From an uncultured Planctomycetota bacterium (GTDB taxonomy: Bacteria; Planctomycetota; Planctomycetia; Gemmatales; Gemmataceae), in the NCBI GenBank assembly GCA_963849325.1, contig CAWKHF010000011.1, forward strand, positions 32,001 through 96,000: a stretch of DNA of 64,000 bases. The letters are read 5' to 3'. This document shows, in pieces, positions 1 through 12,200 of the stretch. The notes below the pieces were generated by a model that was not told where the DNA came from, did not search any database, and saw nothing but the letters and a program-made list of their open reading frames with translations. A program made the translations under genes and the position numbers. Position 1 is the first letter of the stretch. Each line of letters begins with the position of its first letter.

Positions 1-692
1 GTTTGGCGGCGACTGTCGGCGCGGCTGGAGGAGTTGGGCCGAAGCGACTGGGCGCGCGAGGAGTTCGCCCGGTTAGCGACGAACGCGGCGCCGGAGGAAC
101 CGGCAGCGGAGAAATGGCGCAAACTACGCGGCCTCGGGACGCTGGACCGCCGCCGCCTCGCCGTCGTCCGCGCCCTGTACAACTGGCGTGAAGAGACGGC
201 CGCCCGCACCAATCGGCCCACGCGCACCATCGTCCGCGACGACCTGATCGTCGAGATCGCCCGCCGCAATCCGACGCGCGAGCGCGACTTGCAAGTGGTG
301 CGCGGCCTGCCGCGGCGCGACCTGGAGGCGATCGTCCGTACGGTGGCCGAGGCGCGGGCTAGCCATCGAGGACTGCCCGGCCGTGTTCGGCCGCGAGCAG
401 GATCCGCCGCAGGTAATGATGGTCTCCGCCGTGCTGTCGGCTGTGCTCGGCGATGTCTGCGCCGCCGCGGCCTGGCGGCGAACCTCGTCGCCAGCAACAA
501 CGACGTCAAGCTGCTCGTGCGCGCCCGGCTGATCGGCCAGCCGTTGCCGGCTGAATCGCTGCTGACCGCCGGCTGGCGAAGCAGCCACATCCTGCCCGAC
601 CTGCTCGCCGTGCTGGACGGACGGCGCTTCTGCGCATCGCCGACGTTGCGGCGGAGGCGCCATTCGACTACGCGGATTGGCACGCGAAATAG
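1..692 (+). CDS. rnd: Ribonuclease D, 3' portion (HRDC domain); 5'-truncated by the window, frameshifted
   Basis: ORF 34..780 gives LAVVRALYNWREETAARTNRPTRTIVRDDLIVEIARR (HRDC-like) and NLVASNNDVK...LLTAGWR (RNase D C-terminus). Frame breaks near 360-470 and 630; likely stop TAG at 690-692. Confidence 0.8.
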
Positions 693-754
693 GCGAGCGG
701 GGGGCGTCAGCCCCCTGTTGTTTCTCAACAGGGGGCTGACGCCCCCCGCTCGCC
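692..754. repeat. REP-like palindrome, family A (perfect 29-bp arms, 5-nt loop)
   Basis: GGCGAGCGGGGGGCGTCAGCCCCCTGTTG (692-720) followed by its exact reverse complement (726-754); starts at the rnd stop codon. Confidence 0.9.
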
Positions 755-821
755 AAACGATATACTTGTCGATAGGCTAAACGCTGGATTTCGCGTTCTC
801 CTGGCCCCGAGGAATGCCCCC

Positions 822-1811
822 GTGTCCGTTATCGCCACCGACAACCTCGTCAAGCATTACGGCCGCATCGAGGCGCTGCGGGGCGTCTCGCTGACCGTCC
901 AGCGCGGCGAAATCTTCGGTCTGCTCGGCCAGAACGGCGCCGGCAAAACCACCCTCGTCAAGATCCTGCTCGGCATCACCACGCTGACCGACGGCCGCGC
1001 CCGCTTGCTCGATGAGCCGGTCGGCACTCCCGCCGTCCGGCGCCGCATCGGCTACCTGCCCGAAGACCATCGTTTCCCCGACTACCACTCCGGCGCCAGT
1101 CTGCTCGACTTCTATGGCGCTCTGCTCGACGTGCCCGCCGCCCAGCGGCACAAGCGCATCCCCCAAGTGCTGGAACTGGTCGGCCTCAAGGGCCGCATGC
1201 ACTACAAGATTCGTACCTACTCCAAGGGCATGAAGCAGCGCCTGGGCATTGCTCAGGCGCTGATGCACGAACCGGAGGTCATCTTCCTCGACGAGCCGAC
1301 CGACGGCGTCGATCCGGTTGGGCGCCGTCACATCCGCGACCTGATGCAAGCACTCAAGGGCGAGGGCAAGACCATCTTCCTCAACTCGCACCTGCTCGGC
1401 GAGGTCGAACAGGTGTGCGATCGGGTGGCCATCCTCCAGCGCGGCGACCTGATTCGCATCGGTGACATTGCCACCCTGACGCGGCAGAAGGGCTATTATC
1501 TCGTGGGCCTGGCCCCCGGGCAGGAGTTCCCGCGCGAGGACGTGGAACGCCAGGGTTATGCCGTCGCGCGGGACGGCGGCTTGTGGGAGATCGGACTCAA
1601 CGACGGACAGGCGATTGACCCGGTCGTCGAGCTGCTGCACAGCCGGGGTCTGAAGCTGCGTCATCTGGTCGAGAAGAGGCAAACCCTGGAAGACCTGTTC
1701 ATGGAAACGGTCGTCGAAGCCGAGCCGGGCGTGGACGACGCGGACGTACGGCGCTATCGCTCCGAGCGTGCCGGACCCGAGCGCGTCCGACGCCGGCCGG
1801 AGCGGCTGTGA
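822..1811 (+). CDS. ABC transporter ATP-binding protein (ABC-2/CcmA type)
   Basis: Walker A GQNGAGKT, signature YSKGMKQR, Walker B IFLDEP, switch NSH. Confidence 0.95.
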   Translation: MSVIATDNLVKHYGRIEALRGVSLTVQRGEIFGLLGQNGAGKTTLVKILLGITTLTDGRARLLDEPVGTPAVRRRIGYLPEDHRFPDYHSGASLLDFYGALLDVPAAQRHKRIPQVLELVGLKGRMHYKIRTYSKGMKQRLGIAQALMHEPEVIFLDEPTDGVDPVGRRHIRDLMQALKGEGKTIFLNSHLLGEVEQVCDRVAILQRGDLIRIGDIATLTRQKGYYLVGLAPGQEFPREDVERQGYAVARDGGLWEIGLNDGQAIDPVVELLHSRGLKLRHLVEKRQTLEDLFMETVVEAEPGVDDADVRRYRSERAGPERVRRRPERL

Positions 1812-1846
1812 GCGCACGACCTCATCCTCCGAGCGAGCATTTAACC

Positions 1847-3181
1847 ATGAAGTTCCTGGCCATCCTCAAGGATTCGCTGCGCGAGGCCATCGACACCAAG
1901 GTGTTCTACGTCATGGTGGCGCTGTCCGCCGTGCTGGCGCTGCTGGCCTTCTCGTTCCAGTTCAAGCCGACCGCGGCCGGTCAACAAGTGATGCAGTTCG
2001 CTCTCCTGCCGTTGGCGCTGGACATGAAGGAGTTCACTCCGGAAGAGTTCGAGCGGATGGGACAACGCCAGGTGGCCGAGAAGATGGAGCGTTACCAGCT
2101 CGTCCACGTGGAACCGATCGACGGGGCCGAGGATGGTCCTGGCAGTCCCTTCCGCGTCCTGCTCCGTGTTCACGGCAACAACGCCGAAGAGGCGGCGAAC
2201 CTCTCGTCGGACCCGGCCCCGATGCAGAAGTTGATCCGCGAGCGCTTCGGCGTCCTGGACACCATGCGCATGTTCAACCTCTCTGACGTCCGCCTCGCCG
2301 CCGCCGACGCTCCGGGCATGCCACAGCAAACGGCCCCGGAGGACGTCTATTTCGAGGTGACGACCAAACCAACGGGAGTGACGCGGCGCATTTGGCCGCA
2401 CAAGTTCAGCGTCTTCTTCGGCGCCTGGCCGTGGGGCGAGACGGGTATCCCACTCGGCCTCGAGATGTTCATCATCGAGCGCTACGTCGTCGCCGGCTTC
2501 GGCGCCTGGATCGCCATTCTCGTCAGCGTCGTCATCACCGCCTTCTTCATCCCCAACATGCTGCGCAAGGGCACCGTGGATCTGCTGCTGGTCAAGCCGA
2601 TCCACCGTTTCACCTTGCTGCTGTACAAGTACGTCGGCGGCCTGACCTTCATCTACCTCAACACGACGGTGGCCGTCGTCGGCATCTGGATCGCCCTTGG
2701 CCTGCGCTCCGGCGTCTGGGCCTACGGCATTTTGCTCACTGTCTTTGTTATCACCTTCTTTTTCATGATTCTGTACGCGGTCTCGACACTGTTCGGCGTG
2801 CTCACGCGCAGTCCGATCGTCGCCATCCTGCTGACCTGCGGCGTCTGGTTCCTGTTGTTCATCGTCGGCAGCGGGTTTGAGTTTTTCGAGGGCCGGAGGC
2901 AGCTGGAGGAGAAGCAAAACACGCCGGCGGAGGAGCGCTATTCGGACAACTGGCTGGCGAAGACCGTCTACGCCGTCCATTTCGTGCTGCCGCGCACGTC
3001 CGACCTGGACAACCTGACGACACAACTTTTACTCCAGGACTTGCTCACGGACAACCAGGTCAAGCTCGCCAAGGTCAACAAGACGCCGATCACCTGGGGC
3101 GAGAGCCTCACCGTTTCGGGCGTCTTCATCGCCCTGATGCTCGGCTTTTCCTGCTGGCGCTTCGCCACCCGAGATTACTGA
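1847..3181 (+). CDS. ABC-2 type transporter permease with a large extracytoplasmic loop
   Basis: [14 protein letters not shown] start, multiple TM helices, [16 protein letters not shown] motif, C-terminal FATRDY; adjacent to the ATPase gene. Confidence 0.9.
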   Translation: MKFLAILKDSLREAIDTKVFYVMVALSAVLALLAFSFQFKPTAAGQQVMQFALLPLALDMKEFTPEEFERMGQRQVAEKMERYQLVHVEPIDGAEDGPGSPFRVLLRVHGNNAEEAANLSSDPAPMQKLIRERFGVLDTMRMFNLSDVRLAAADAPGMPQQTAPEDVYFEVTTKPTGVTRRIWPHKFSVFFGAWPWGETGIPLGLEMFIIERYVVAGFGAWIAILVSVVITAFFIPNMLRKGTVDLLLVKPIHRFTLLLYKYVGGLTFIYLNTTVAVVGIWIALGLRSGVWAYGILLTVFVITFFFMILYAVSTLFGVLTRSPIVAILLTCGVWFLLFIVGSGFEFFEGRRQLEEKQNTPAEERYSDNWLAKTVYAVHFVLPRTSDLDNLTTQLLLQDLLTDNQVKLAKVNKTPITWGESLTVSGVFIALMLGFSCWRFATRDY

Positions 3182-3185
3182 CGCC

Positions 3186-4581
3186 ATGACCGAAGCCGTC
3201 TTTCAGCGTTGTATCCATCCTCACTGCGGCGCCACCTGCGGCGTGGACGAGACCGCCTTCGCCTGCCCGCGCTGCGGCGGTCTGCTCGACGTGGCCTACG
3301 ATTGGGAGCGGCTGACGCCGCCGCGCTCGCTGAAAGACTTCGAGGCCAAGTGGGCCGACCGCACCAACCCCCTCAGCTTCAGCGGCGTGTGGCGCTTCCG
3401 CGAACTGCTGCCGTTCGCCCCGCCGGAGCAGGTGCTGACCATCGGCGAAGGGCAGACCATCTTGCAGAAGGCCGACAACGTGGCCGGCTACGTCGGCGTG
3501 CATCCGGGCCGGCTGTTCTTGCAGTACGAGGGGCTGAATCCGTCGGGCAGCTTCAAGGACAACGGCATGACGGCGGCGTTCACGCACGCCCGCATGGTCG
3601 GCGCTCGCCGCGCCGCCTGCGCCAGCACCGGCAACACCAGCGCCTCGCTGGCCGTCTTCTGCTCGGCGACCGGACTGATGCGGGCCGTCATCTTCATCGG
3701 CAGCGGCAAGATCTCCTACGGCAAGCTGGCCCAGGCGCTGGACCACGGCGCGCTGACCGTGCAGATCGCCGGCGACTTCGACGACGCCATGCAGCGCGTG
3801 CAGCAGGTCAGCCGCCGACTCGGCATCTACCTGGTCAACAGCATCAACCCCTTCCGCCTGGAAGGGCAGAAGACGATCATGTACCGCGTGCTGGAGGCGC
3901 TGCGCTGGGAGGCGCCGGACTGGGTCGTCGTGCCCGGCGGCAACCTCGGCAACGTCAGCGCCTTCGGCAAGGCGTTCATCGAGCTGGCCGAACTGGGTCT
4001 GCTCCAGCGTCTGCCGCGCCTGGCGGTCATCAACGCCGCCGGGGCCAACACGTTCTTCCAGCTCTTCGGCAGCGCCAACCTGCGCTGGGAGGGCGGCAAG
4101 CCGGCACGACAGACGATCGAGGATTACTACCGCAAGCTGGACGCCGAGCACATCCGGGCGGCGACCATCGCCAGCGCCATCGAGATCAATCGTCCGGTCA
4201 ACCTGCCCAAGGCGCTGCGGGCGCTGGACCGCTGCGGCGGCGTGGTCCGCGAGGTCAGCGATCAGGACATTCTCGACGCCAAGGCCAAGGTCGGCGCCGG
4301 CGGCCTCGGCTGCGAGCCGGCCTCGGCCGCCAGCGTCGCCGGCGCTCGCAAGCTCCGCCAGGAGGGCGTCATCGCCGCCGACGACCGCGTTGTCTGCATC
4401 CTGACCGGCCATGCCCTCAAGGACCCGACCGCCACGGTCGCCTATCACACGACCGACCAGAAGACCTTCGACGACGTGCTCGGCGCTCGCGGCGTCCGTC
4501 GGCGCCACCTACGCCAACCGCGCCATTCAGGTGCCCAACGATCTCGACGAGATCATCAAGGCCATCGAGGTCTATTCCTGA
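3186..4581 (+). CDS. thrC: Threonine synthase (PLP-dependent, N-terminal Cys-rich ribbon); frameshift near 4500
   Basis: [14 protein letters not shown]-lysine motif, [48 protein letters not shown]. The C-terminus continues in another frame ([22 protein letters not shown]) to TGA 4579-4581. Confidence 0.93.
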
Positions 4582-4605
4582 CCGCCGAGGGAAGAGGGGT
4601 TTGCG

Positions 4606-5049
4606 ATGAATCCGACCGTCTCGTTACCGGCCCTGCTGAGCCGTCTGAGTCGTTTGCCGGGCGAGCTGGAAGAGTTGGCGGGGAACCTGGCCTCCGTCCC
4701 GCGCAGCTGGTGGATGCAATCTTTCCCTTATCCACTCGTCAATGTCCGCGAAGAAGCGGAAGCCTTTCACGTCGAGGCGGAAGTGCCGGGCGTGACGCGG
4801 GACCAACTCGAAGTACACGTGCGGCACGGCACCGAGTTGACCCTCCAGGGCGAGCGGCCGTCCAGCGGTGGGGACAACGGTACCTGGCATCACCAGGAGC
4901 GCGGCGTCGGCCGCTTTCAGCGCGTCCTGACGCTGCCGGTGCCCGTGGACGCGGACAAGGTCGAGGCGCGGTTGGAACACGGCGTCCTCCGGCTGGTGCT
5001 GCCCAAGGCGGAGGCGGTCAAGCCGCACCGCATCGCGGTCCAAGGGTGA
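4606..5049 (+). CDS. Hsp20/alpha-crystallin small heat shock protein
   Basis: YPLVNVRE...AEVPGV...[14 protein letters not shown]...[18 protein letters not shown]...RIAV. Confidence 0.93.
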   Translation: MNPTVSLPALLSRLSRLPGELEELAGNLASVPRSWWMQSFPYPLVNVREEAEAFHVEAEVPGVTRDQLEVHVRHGTELTLQGERPSSGGDNGTWHHQERGVGRFQRVLTLPVPVDADKVEARLEHGVLRLVLPKAEAVKPHRIAVQG

Positions 5050-5206
5050 TGCGGACCGATCCGAACCGCCTGTTTCTCCAAGGGCGCGCGGTGTGGCCGC
5101 TTGCGATGGGCGGAAGGAAGCGTTATGGTGAGCAATCGCAGCGCGTCATCCCCCAGCGCAACGGCGTCCGTCCCCGGACGCACCCGGCGGTTCGATGAGG
5201 CGATCC

Positions 5207-8200
5207 ATGTGCGAGCCGGAAACCACTCCCGATTCCACGGGCCGACGCGAGTCGGCCGACAGTCCTCGGGAGACCGCGGTCGGCATGGTCCCGCAGGGTC
5301 TCGCCGTCCCGCAAATCTGCGTCGTCCGGGCGGAAAAAGTATCGCCGGACGTGGTCGGCCCCCCTGCCGTGACCGGCTATGACATCCTCCGCGAGCTGGG
5401 CCGCGGAGGAATGGGTATTGTCTACCAGGCCTACGACCCACGCCGCCAGCATCACGTCGCCCTCAAGGTCATGCAGCGGGTCGAGCCGGCCTCGCTGTAC
5501 CGCTTCAAGCACGAATTCCGTGCCCTCGCCGACGTTAGCCACCCCAATCTGGTGACTCTCTACGAGTTGGTCTGCGATGGACGGCAATGGTTCTTCACCA
5601 TGGAGCTGGTGGAGGGCGTGGATTTCCTGGCCCACGTCGCGCGGAGAGGGGACCGGGGAGGGTCTGTCCAGCGATCCCTCCGACGAGCCGACCACTCCCG
5701 CTCATGCGGCGCCAGTCGCGGCAGGACCGCCGGCGCAGGCATCCGCGCTGCATTGGGAACGCCTGGGCGCTGCGCTGCGGCAGTTGGCGGAAGGCGTCTG
5801 CGCCCTGCACGAGGCCGGCATCCTCCACCGCGACATCAAGCCGACCAATGTCCTCGTGACGCCGCGCGGCCGGGTCGTCCTGCTCGACTTCGGCCTGGCG
5901 GTCGAGTTGGATGCGATGGGCGTCCACGCCAACCCGAAAGGGCATGCCGGCGGCACGCTGGCTTACATGGCCCCGGAGCAAGCCGCCGGGGGGCCGGTCA
6001 CGCCGGCCAGCGATTGGTACAGTGTCGGCGTCGTCCTTTACCGCGCCTTGACCGGGCGATTTCCCTTCCCCGGCACCATCGCGCGAGATCCTGGACGCCA
6101 AACAACGCCTCGATCCTCCTCCTCCGCGCCAGGCTGGCGGCGGAGGTGCCGGCCGACCTCAGCGATCTGTGTACGGCCTTGCTGCGGCGGCGACCCGAAG
6201 AACGGCCGTCCGGCCGCGACGTGCTCCACCTCTTCGGGTGGAGGGTGGAGGGGGGAGGGTGGAGGGAGAAGAAAGCTCCGTTTTTTCCCTCCACCCTCCA
6301 CCCTCCCCCCTCCACCCGAGGCGGTCCGTTCGTCGGCCGTGAGCCGCACCTAGCGGCGCTGCACGACGCCTTCGCCGCGTCCCAAAAAGGTCGGGCCGTC
6401 GTCGTCTTCGTCCACGGCCGCTCCGGCATGGGCAAGAGCGAGTTGATTCAGCGCTTCCTCCACGACCTTGGCCGGGACAGCGAGGTCGCGATCCTCGCCG
6501 GCCGCTGTTACGAACGCGAATCGGTGCCGTTCAAAGCCCTGGACAGCCTGGTCGATGCCCTCAGTCAGCTGCTCGGCCGCCTGCCGCCGCGCGAGGTGGA
6601 CCAACTATTGCCGCCCGACATTGCGGCGCTGGCGCGCGTGTTCCCGGTGCTCCGCCAGGTCGAGTCCGTCGCCGATGCGGCCTGGGAGGCCGCCGAGGCA
6701 CCCGACCGGCAGGAGTTGCGGGGTCGAGCCTTCGCCGCCTTGCGCCGGCTGCTGGCTCAACTCGGAAGACGCCGGCCCCTGGTCCTGTTCATCGACGATT
6801 TGCAATGGGGCGACGTCGATAGCGCCGCGCTGCTCAACGAACTTCTGCGGCCCCCCGATCCTCCCATGCTTCTGCTGCTGGGCGCCTATCGCAGGGAATA
6901 CGCCGCCACGAGTCCGTGCCTGCGTGCTCTGCTGCGCCCGCCGTCGGCCCAGGATGTCCTCGACCGGCGCGAGCTGGCGGTCGAGGGACTAGGGCCAGGG
7001 CAAGCCGCGGCCTGGCCCTGGAACTGCTCGGTCGGGACGATCCCGACGCCCTGGCTCGGGCCGATGCGGTCGCCGGCGAGGCGGAGGGAAGTCCGTACTT
7101 CGTCCGCGAGCTGGTGCTGATGGAGGAGGCGTCGGCGCAGAAGGCCACGCTGGACGAGGTGCTGTGGCGCCGCGTGGTCGGGCTGGCGGCGGCGCCGCGG
7201 CGACTGCTGGAGGTGGTGGCCGTCTCCGGGAAGCCGCTGCGCCGCCGCGACGCCTGTCAGGCAGCCGTCCTCGGCGCCGAGGAGCAGGCGGCGCTGGCCG
7301 TCTTGACGGTCGGCCGGCTCATCCGCAGCACCGGGCCGGGCGAACTGGAGGAGGTCGAGACCTACCACGACCGCATCCGCGAGACCGTGGTGGCTCACCT
7401 GCCGCCGGAGCAGGTGCGCGATCACCACGGCCGGCTGGCGTCCGTGCTGGAAGCCTCGGCCGGTGCCGATCCGGAAACGCTGGCCGCCCACTTCGAGGGA
7501 GCAGGGGACGCCTCCCGAGCCGGGCACTACTTCACGGCGGCGGCCGACCGGGCCACCGAGGCGCTGGCCTTCGATCGGGCGGCCCAACTCTACCGCCATG
7601 CGCTGGAACTACGGCCTCCGGAGGGGGCGGCGGTGCGCGAGCTGCACGTCCGCCTAGGCGACGCCCTGGCCAACGCCGGCCGCGGCGCCGAGGCCGCCCA
7701 CGAGTACGAAGCGGCCTGCGCCGCGGGCGGCGACCCGGATCAGACGCTCGACCTACGGCGGCGAATCGCCTACCAGTATTGCATCAGCGGCCGACTCAAC
7801 GAGGGGCGCAAGGCCCTGGCCACCGTCCTGGCCGCCGTCGGCCTGACCTTGCCCGCCACGTCCCGGCAGTCGTTCGCCCGGCTGCTGGTGGCACGCTTTC
7901 GCTTGTGGCTGCGCGGCCTGCGCTACCGTGCTTGCAACGCCGCTCGCATCGACCCGCGACAGCTGCAGCGCATCGACGTGTCCTGGTCGGCTTCGGCCGG
8001 GTTGAGCCTGTTCGATTTCATCGGCGCGGCGGGTTTGCAGGCGCACAATCTTCTGTTGGCTCTGCGCGGGCGAATCGTTCCGTCTGGCGCGGCGCTGGCC
8101 TGGGAGGCCGCCCATCGTTCCAATGCCGGCGGCCCTACCGGCGGCCGCGCGGCACGACTGCTCGACGAGGCCGAGGCGCTGGCGCGGCGAATCGAACAGC

Positions 8201-9216
8201 CTTACGCCCGTGGGCTGGTCGTCCTCGCTCGCGGTGCTGCCGAGTTCACCAGCGGACGCTGGAAATCGGCCGTGCCGTTCCTGGAGCAGGCCGAGCAGAC
8301 CTTCCGCGACGGCTGCACCGGGGTCGCCTGGGAACGCGACACCGCCCACGTGTTCCTGTTGTGGTCGCTGTTTTACCTCGGAGAGCTGGCCGACATGGGC
8401 CGCCGTACCGACCTGCTGCTCCAGGAGGCGCGACAGCGGGGCGACCTGTACGCCGCCACGCACCTCGGCGTCTTCAGCGGACCGATGGCCCGTCTGTCGG
8501 CCGGCGACGCCGACGGGGCGCGGCAACTGCTGGACGAGTCGCTGCGGCAGTGGTCGCCGCAGGGCTTCCATCTTCAGCACCTGACCGGCCTCATGTGCCA
8601 GACCTACCTCGACTTGTACGCCGGCGCCGGTGCCTCCGCCTGGCAACGCCTGGTGCGTCAATGGCCGGCCGTCGCTCGTTCGCACTTCCTGCGCGCCCAG
8701 ACGCTGCGAGTCCTGTTCTGGGATCTCCGTGCCCGCAGTGCGCTGGCGGCAGCCACCGAACAGGGGCGAAGGGCGAGGGGCGATTCCGAGCCGCGAGCGT
8801 TAGCGAGCGGGGCTGCCTCGCTCGCTAACGCTCGCGGCTCGGATCGCCCCTCGACCCTGCTCCGCGCCGCCGAGGGCGATGCTCGGCGGATCGCGCGGGA
8901 AAAGATGCCCTGGTCCACGCCCATCGCCGAGCTGCTGCGGGCAGGGCTGGACGTGGCACGCGGCGACCGAGCGAGCGCCCTGGAACGGCTCGGGCGGGCC
9001 ACGGCCGGCTTCGACGCCGCCGACATGGCCCTGTTTGCCGCCGTCGCGCGCCGGCGCCGGGGTGAACTGCTCGGCGACGCCGGCCGGGAACTCCTCGACG
9101 CCGCCGACGCCTGGATGCGGTCGCGGCACATTCACGACCCCGCGCGCATGACGGCGACGTTCGCCCCCGGCTTTCCGTCTCCGACCGACGGGACGCCAGC
9201 CAAAGAGAAGTTCTGA
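5207..9216 (+). CDS. Ser/Thr protein kinase - AAA (STAND-like) ATPase - TPR-like helical repeat protein; several frameshifts
   Basis: Assembled from ORFs 5195, 5577 and 6916. Kinase motifs [26 protein letters not shown]; Walker A GRSGMGKS, Walker [25 protein letters not shown]; then Ala-rich helical repeats. Confidence 0.88.
6235..6318. repeat. Inverted heptamer array (GGGTGGA)x4 / (TCCACCC)x4, in frame inside the kinase gene
   Basis: Units at 6236-6263 and 6290-6317 with one variant unit per arm; 84 bp in total; translated as [28 protein letters not shown]. Confidence 0.88.
8761..8859. repeat. REP-like palindrome, family B (25-bp perfect arms), nested in an inverted AGGGGCG-like heptamer array, in frame in the kinase gene
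   Basis: TCCGAGCCGCGAGCGTTAGCGAGCG (8785-8809) with reverse complement at 8819-8843; flanked by AGGGGCG-AAGGGCG-AGGGGCG and CGCCCCT-CGACCCT. Confidence 0.85.
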
Positions 9217-9277
9217 GTTCTGAGTTCTGAGTTCTGAGTGAAAGGCACTCAGAACTCAGAACTCAGAACTCAGAACT
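9209..9277. repeat. Inverted heptamer array (AGTTCTG)x4 / (CAGAACT)x4 between convergent genes; possible bidirectional terminator
   Basis: Perfect 32-bp arms with an AAAGG loop; supplies the TGA stop of the kinase gene. Confidence 0.92.
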
Positions 9278-9286
9278 CACAGGCCG

Positions 9287-12200
9287 TCACGATTTCCACA
9301 CCTCGGTCCCCGTCTCCATGATGAAATCGAAATCGACGTACCAGGCTCCCAGCACCTTCTCCTCCGGGCCGGCCAGCCCCAGCTCGCGGATGACCGGGTG
9401 CGTGTCGAATTCGCCCACCGCCAACCGATAATCCCCGGCGAGCACGCCCGCTTCCCGAAAGCTGACCACCCGCGCCGGCGCCTCCACCACGGCCTGGTAG
9501 CAAGCCTGTCGCCCATCGGCCACGTCACGGAATTGCTTGAGGAAAACGACGGATACCTCGCGCGGGTCCAGATGCGACCCCAGGTGCAAGGCGGGGATCT
9601 CCTCGGCCAGCTTCACGACCCCGCCGGCTGCCAACGTCTCCACGAAGTGCAGGAACGCCCCCAGTGGATGGTCCCAGCGCCGGGCCAGACCGTTTCCATC
9701 GTCGCGGTCGGCCCGGTACACTTTCAGCAGCTGCTTCCAATCCACCTCGGTCTGCGGGTTGAAGCGGGGAACGGCCAGGGTCTCGACGCGAAACTCGGCT
9801 TGGCCGTCGAGAGACGGTGAGGACGTGATTCGGGCCATGGCCTTGTGGAAGCCGTAGATCTCTCGGCCGGCCGCCGCCGCCCAGGGATTGTCCACGAACA
9901 GATAGGGCTGGAACCAGGCCAGTCGCACCGGCAGCCAGAAGTCGCCGCGCCGATGGAGCTCCACCACCGGCACCCAGAAGGCGACGTCCGTCTCCTGGAT
10001 CCAGCCGACCTGGCTGCCGGGCGCTTCGGTCGGCTGCGCCCGCGCGATGGCGGCCACGCCCAGCAGGACGCGCGGCAGCAGCGGGCGATAGATCGCCCGG
10101 CCCTGAGCCGGTTGGTTGAGGTAGCGGTCGCACAGCGTTTGCAGCGCACCGAGGTCTGCCGGCAGAAGAAAACTGGAGAAGCGCACGCCCTGGAAGCTGA
10201 CGGGTTGCGAGTAGACTTGTTCGCCGCCGCGTTCGATGTACGTCGGCTTCGCCGCCGCCGCGGCCGGGACCGCGACGGGGACGGTGATCGAGACGGCGGC
10301 CGTCGCCACGGTGAAGCGGGAGCCCCACCAGCCGCCGCAGGCGTCAGTCTCGCCGAAGACCTTGGCCGGCCGGCCGCACAGCGCCCGCGAGACCTGCATC
10401 CCCGCCATCACGGCCGCTTCGACGCAGCCGGCGTTGAGGCCCGTCAGTACCCAGTCGCCGGTCAGGTACAGGTTGGCAAAGCCCGACTCGTTGGCGCGGA
10501 GACGATAGCGGGTGCTGTCGCGGACGGAGAGCACGTAGCGTTCGTTGGGATCGATGTTCGCCCGCCAGAACTGGTGATCGAAGCGCCGCGCTCCCTGGAC
10601 GCCGGCCGGGGCCGCCAGCAGGTCCCAGTTGAGCACGTCGGGATGGTTCGGGTCCACTCCCAGGGGCCAAAGCGGCTTGGCGCCGCCGGTCGTCAGGAAG
10701 TCCAGGCTCGCCTGCCGGACCTGCTCTGTCTGCTTCCGGGGAAACTCCGGGTCGGTGAAGGGGTCGGGGATTGTCGCGGCGTCCGCCAACGGGTTGCAGA
10801 AGTAGGGGATGCAGTGGACGTCGTCACCGGGCGGCCAGTTCTCGCGCGGAATCAGCTGGCTCATGTCCGAGGCGCTGGCGCGGTAGGCACCGAGAAGGGC
10901 CGTCTCCCGTCCGTGCCAGCCCAGGCCGTCGGCGTCGCGCTTCAGCCACAGCTGGAACGCCTGCGTCTGCACCGTCTTCACCTGCGTCACCATGTCGCGC
11001 CACCGCGCGTTGTTCTCCATCAGCTCCTTCGTCAGATAAGGCAGCGAACCGACCGGGATGCCGAGTACGACCAGATCGAAGTCCGTCCCGACTTTCAGGG
11101 TGATGTCCTCCACGTTTTTCCAATTCGACCACGCCGACTCCAACGGCTCGTAACCTTGGTCTACCAGTCGGCGCAAGGCATCCCCCTCGACGAGTTGCTC
11201 GTAACAGGGGGTCGATGGCCAGCAGAGCAGATCCTTGACACATACCAGAGGTTCATACTCCCGATCTTGCTGCTTGAGCGTGGCCTGTCGGCCGATACGG
11301 ACGGCGGCGATGGAGCGCTTGTCGGCGGAGAGGGTCAAGCCCTCGACGCGGTGGAAGAACTGGAAGTGGACGCCGCGCTTGCGCAGGACCAGGTAAAGCG
11401 GCGTGAATACCACGTCGCCCATGCCGGCCTGCATCTTGTAGGCGAAGGCGCCCTGATAACCCCAGGTGGTGCGCAGCAGCGCGCGCAGGGCCACGCCGGC
11501 CGCGAAGTTCGGCTTGTTCATGTCGCCCTGCTCGTAGGCGAAGACCAGATCGTACAGGGCGCGTACCGGAGCGGACTGGTAGGCGATCTCGGGAGCGCCG
11601 TGCCGCTGCAGCCATTCGCGGAAGTCGTAGCGGTCGAGCGGATCGAAGCCGGTGTGAATTACGTCGTCGCGGAGCACGCCGCGAACGATGGCGCCGGCCA
11701 GGCTGAGCAAGATCCAGTCGCGCCGCAAGCCATCGTTCTGCGCAATCCGAGCCGCGATCGTTTGCTCGACTTCGTGGAGGAACTGATCGAGGTGGCCGAG
11801 GATAATCTGGTGGTCCAGGGCCAGGTGCAGGTGCGGGGCAATCGACTCCAGCGCCTCGGCGCGCTCGGCGGCGCAGAACAGATGAGACTCCGGCGCCGGC
11901 GGGTGGTCGGCCGTCCGGGCGGCGGCGACGTCGCCGGCCATGCTCGTGCGGTAGCGGCGCCACATCCACTGCAACAAGCGGACGATGAAGTTCCACGGCG
12001 TCAGACAGGCGCCGCCCTGGCCGGGGACGTGGTCGTTGGTGGGGAAATCGCAGTCCCAGCGCAGCCAGCGGTTGTCGATGTTCTCGAAGATGCTGACCAG
12101 GCTGTGCGTTTTGAAGGCGTCATCCCAGCGCGCCAGCGGCGTGCCTGGCGGCCGACCCAGCTCCTGGTAACACTTCTGGATCATCTGGAAGGCGTTTTCG

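Noticed and set aside
3186-5198. Threonine synthase with a long C-terminal extension
   Set aside because: The extension is out-of-frame read-through across the Hsp20 gene after a frameshift near 4500.
9209-9277. Short repeat arrays (also 57682 and 58520) as CRISPR arrays
   Set aside because: The units are 7 bp with no unique spacers, and no cas genes are present.
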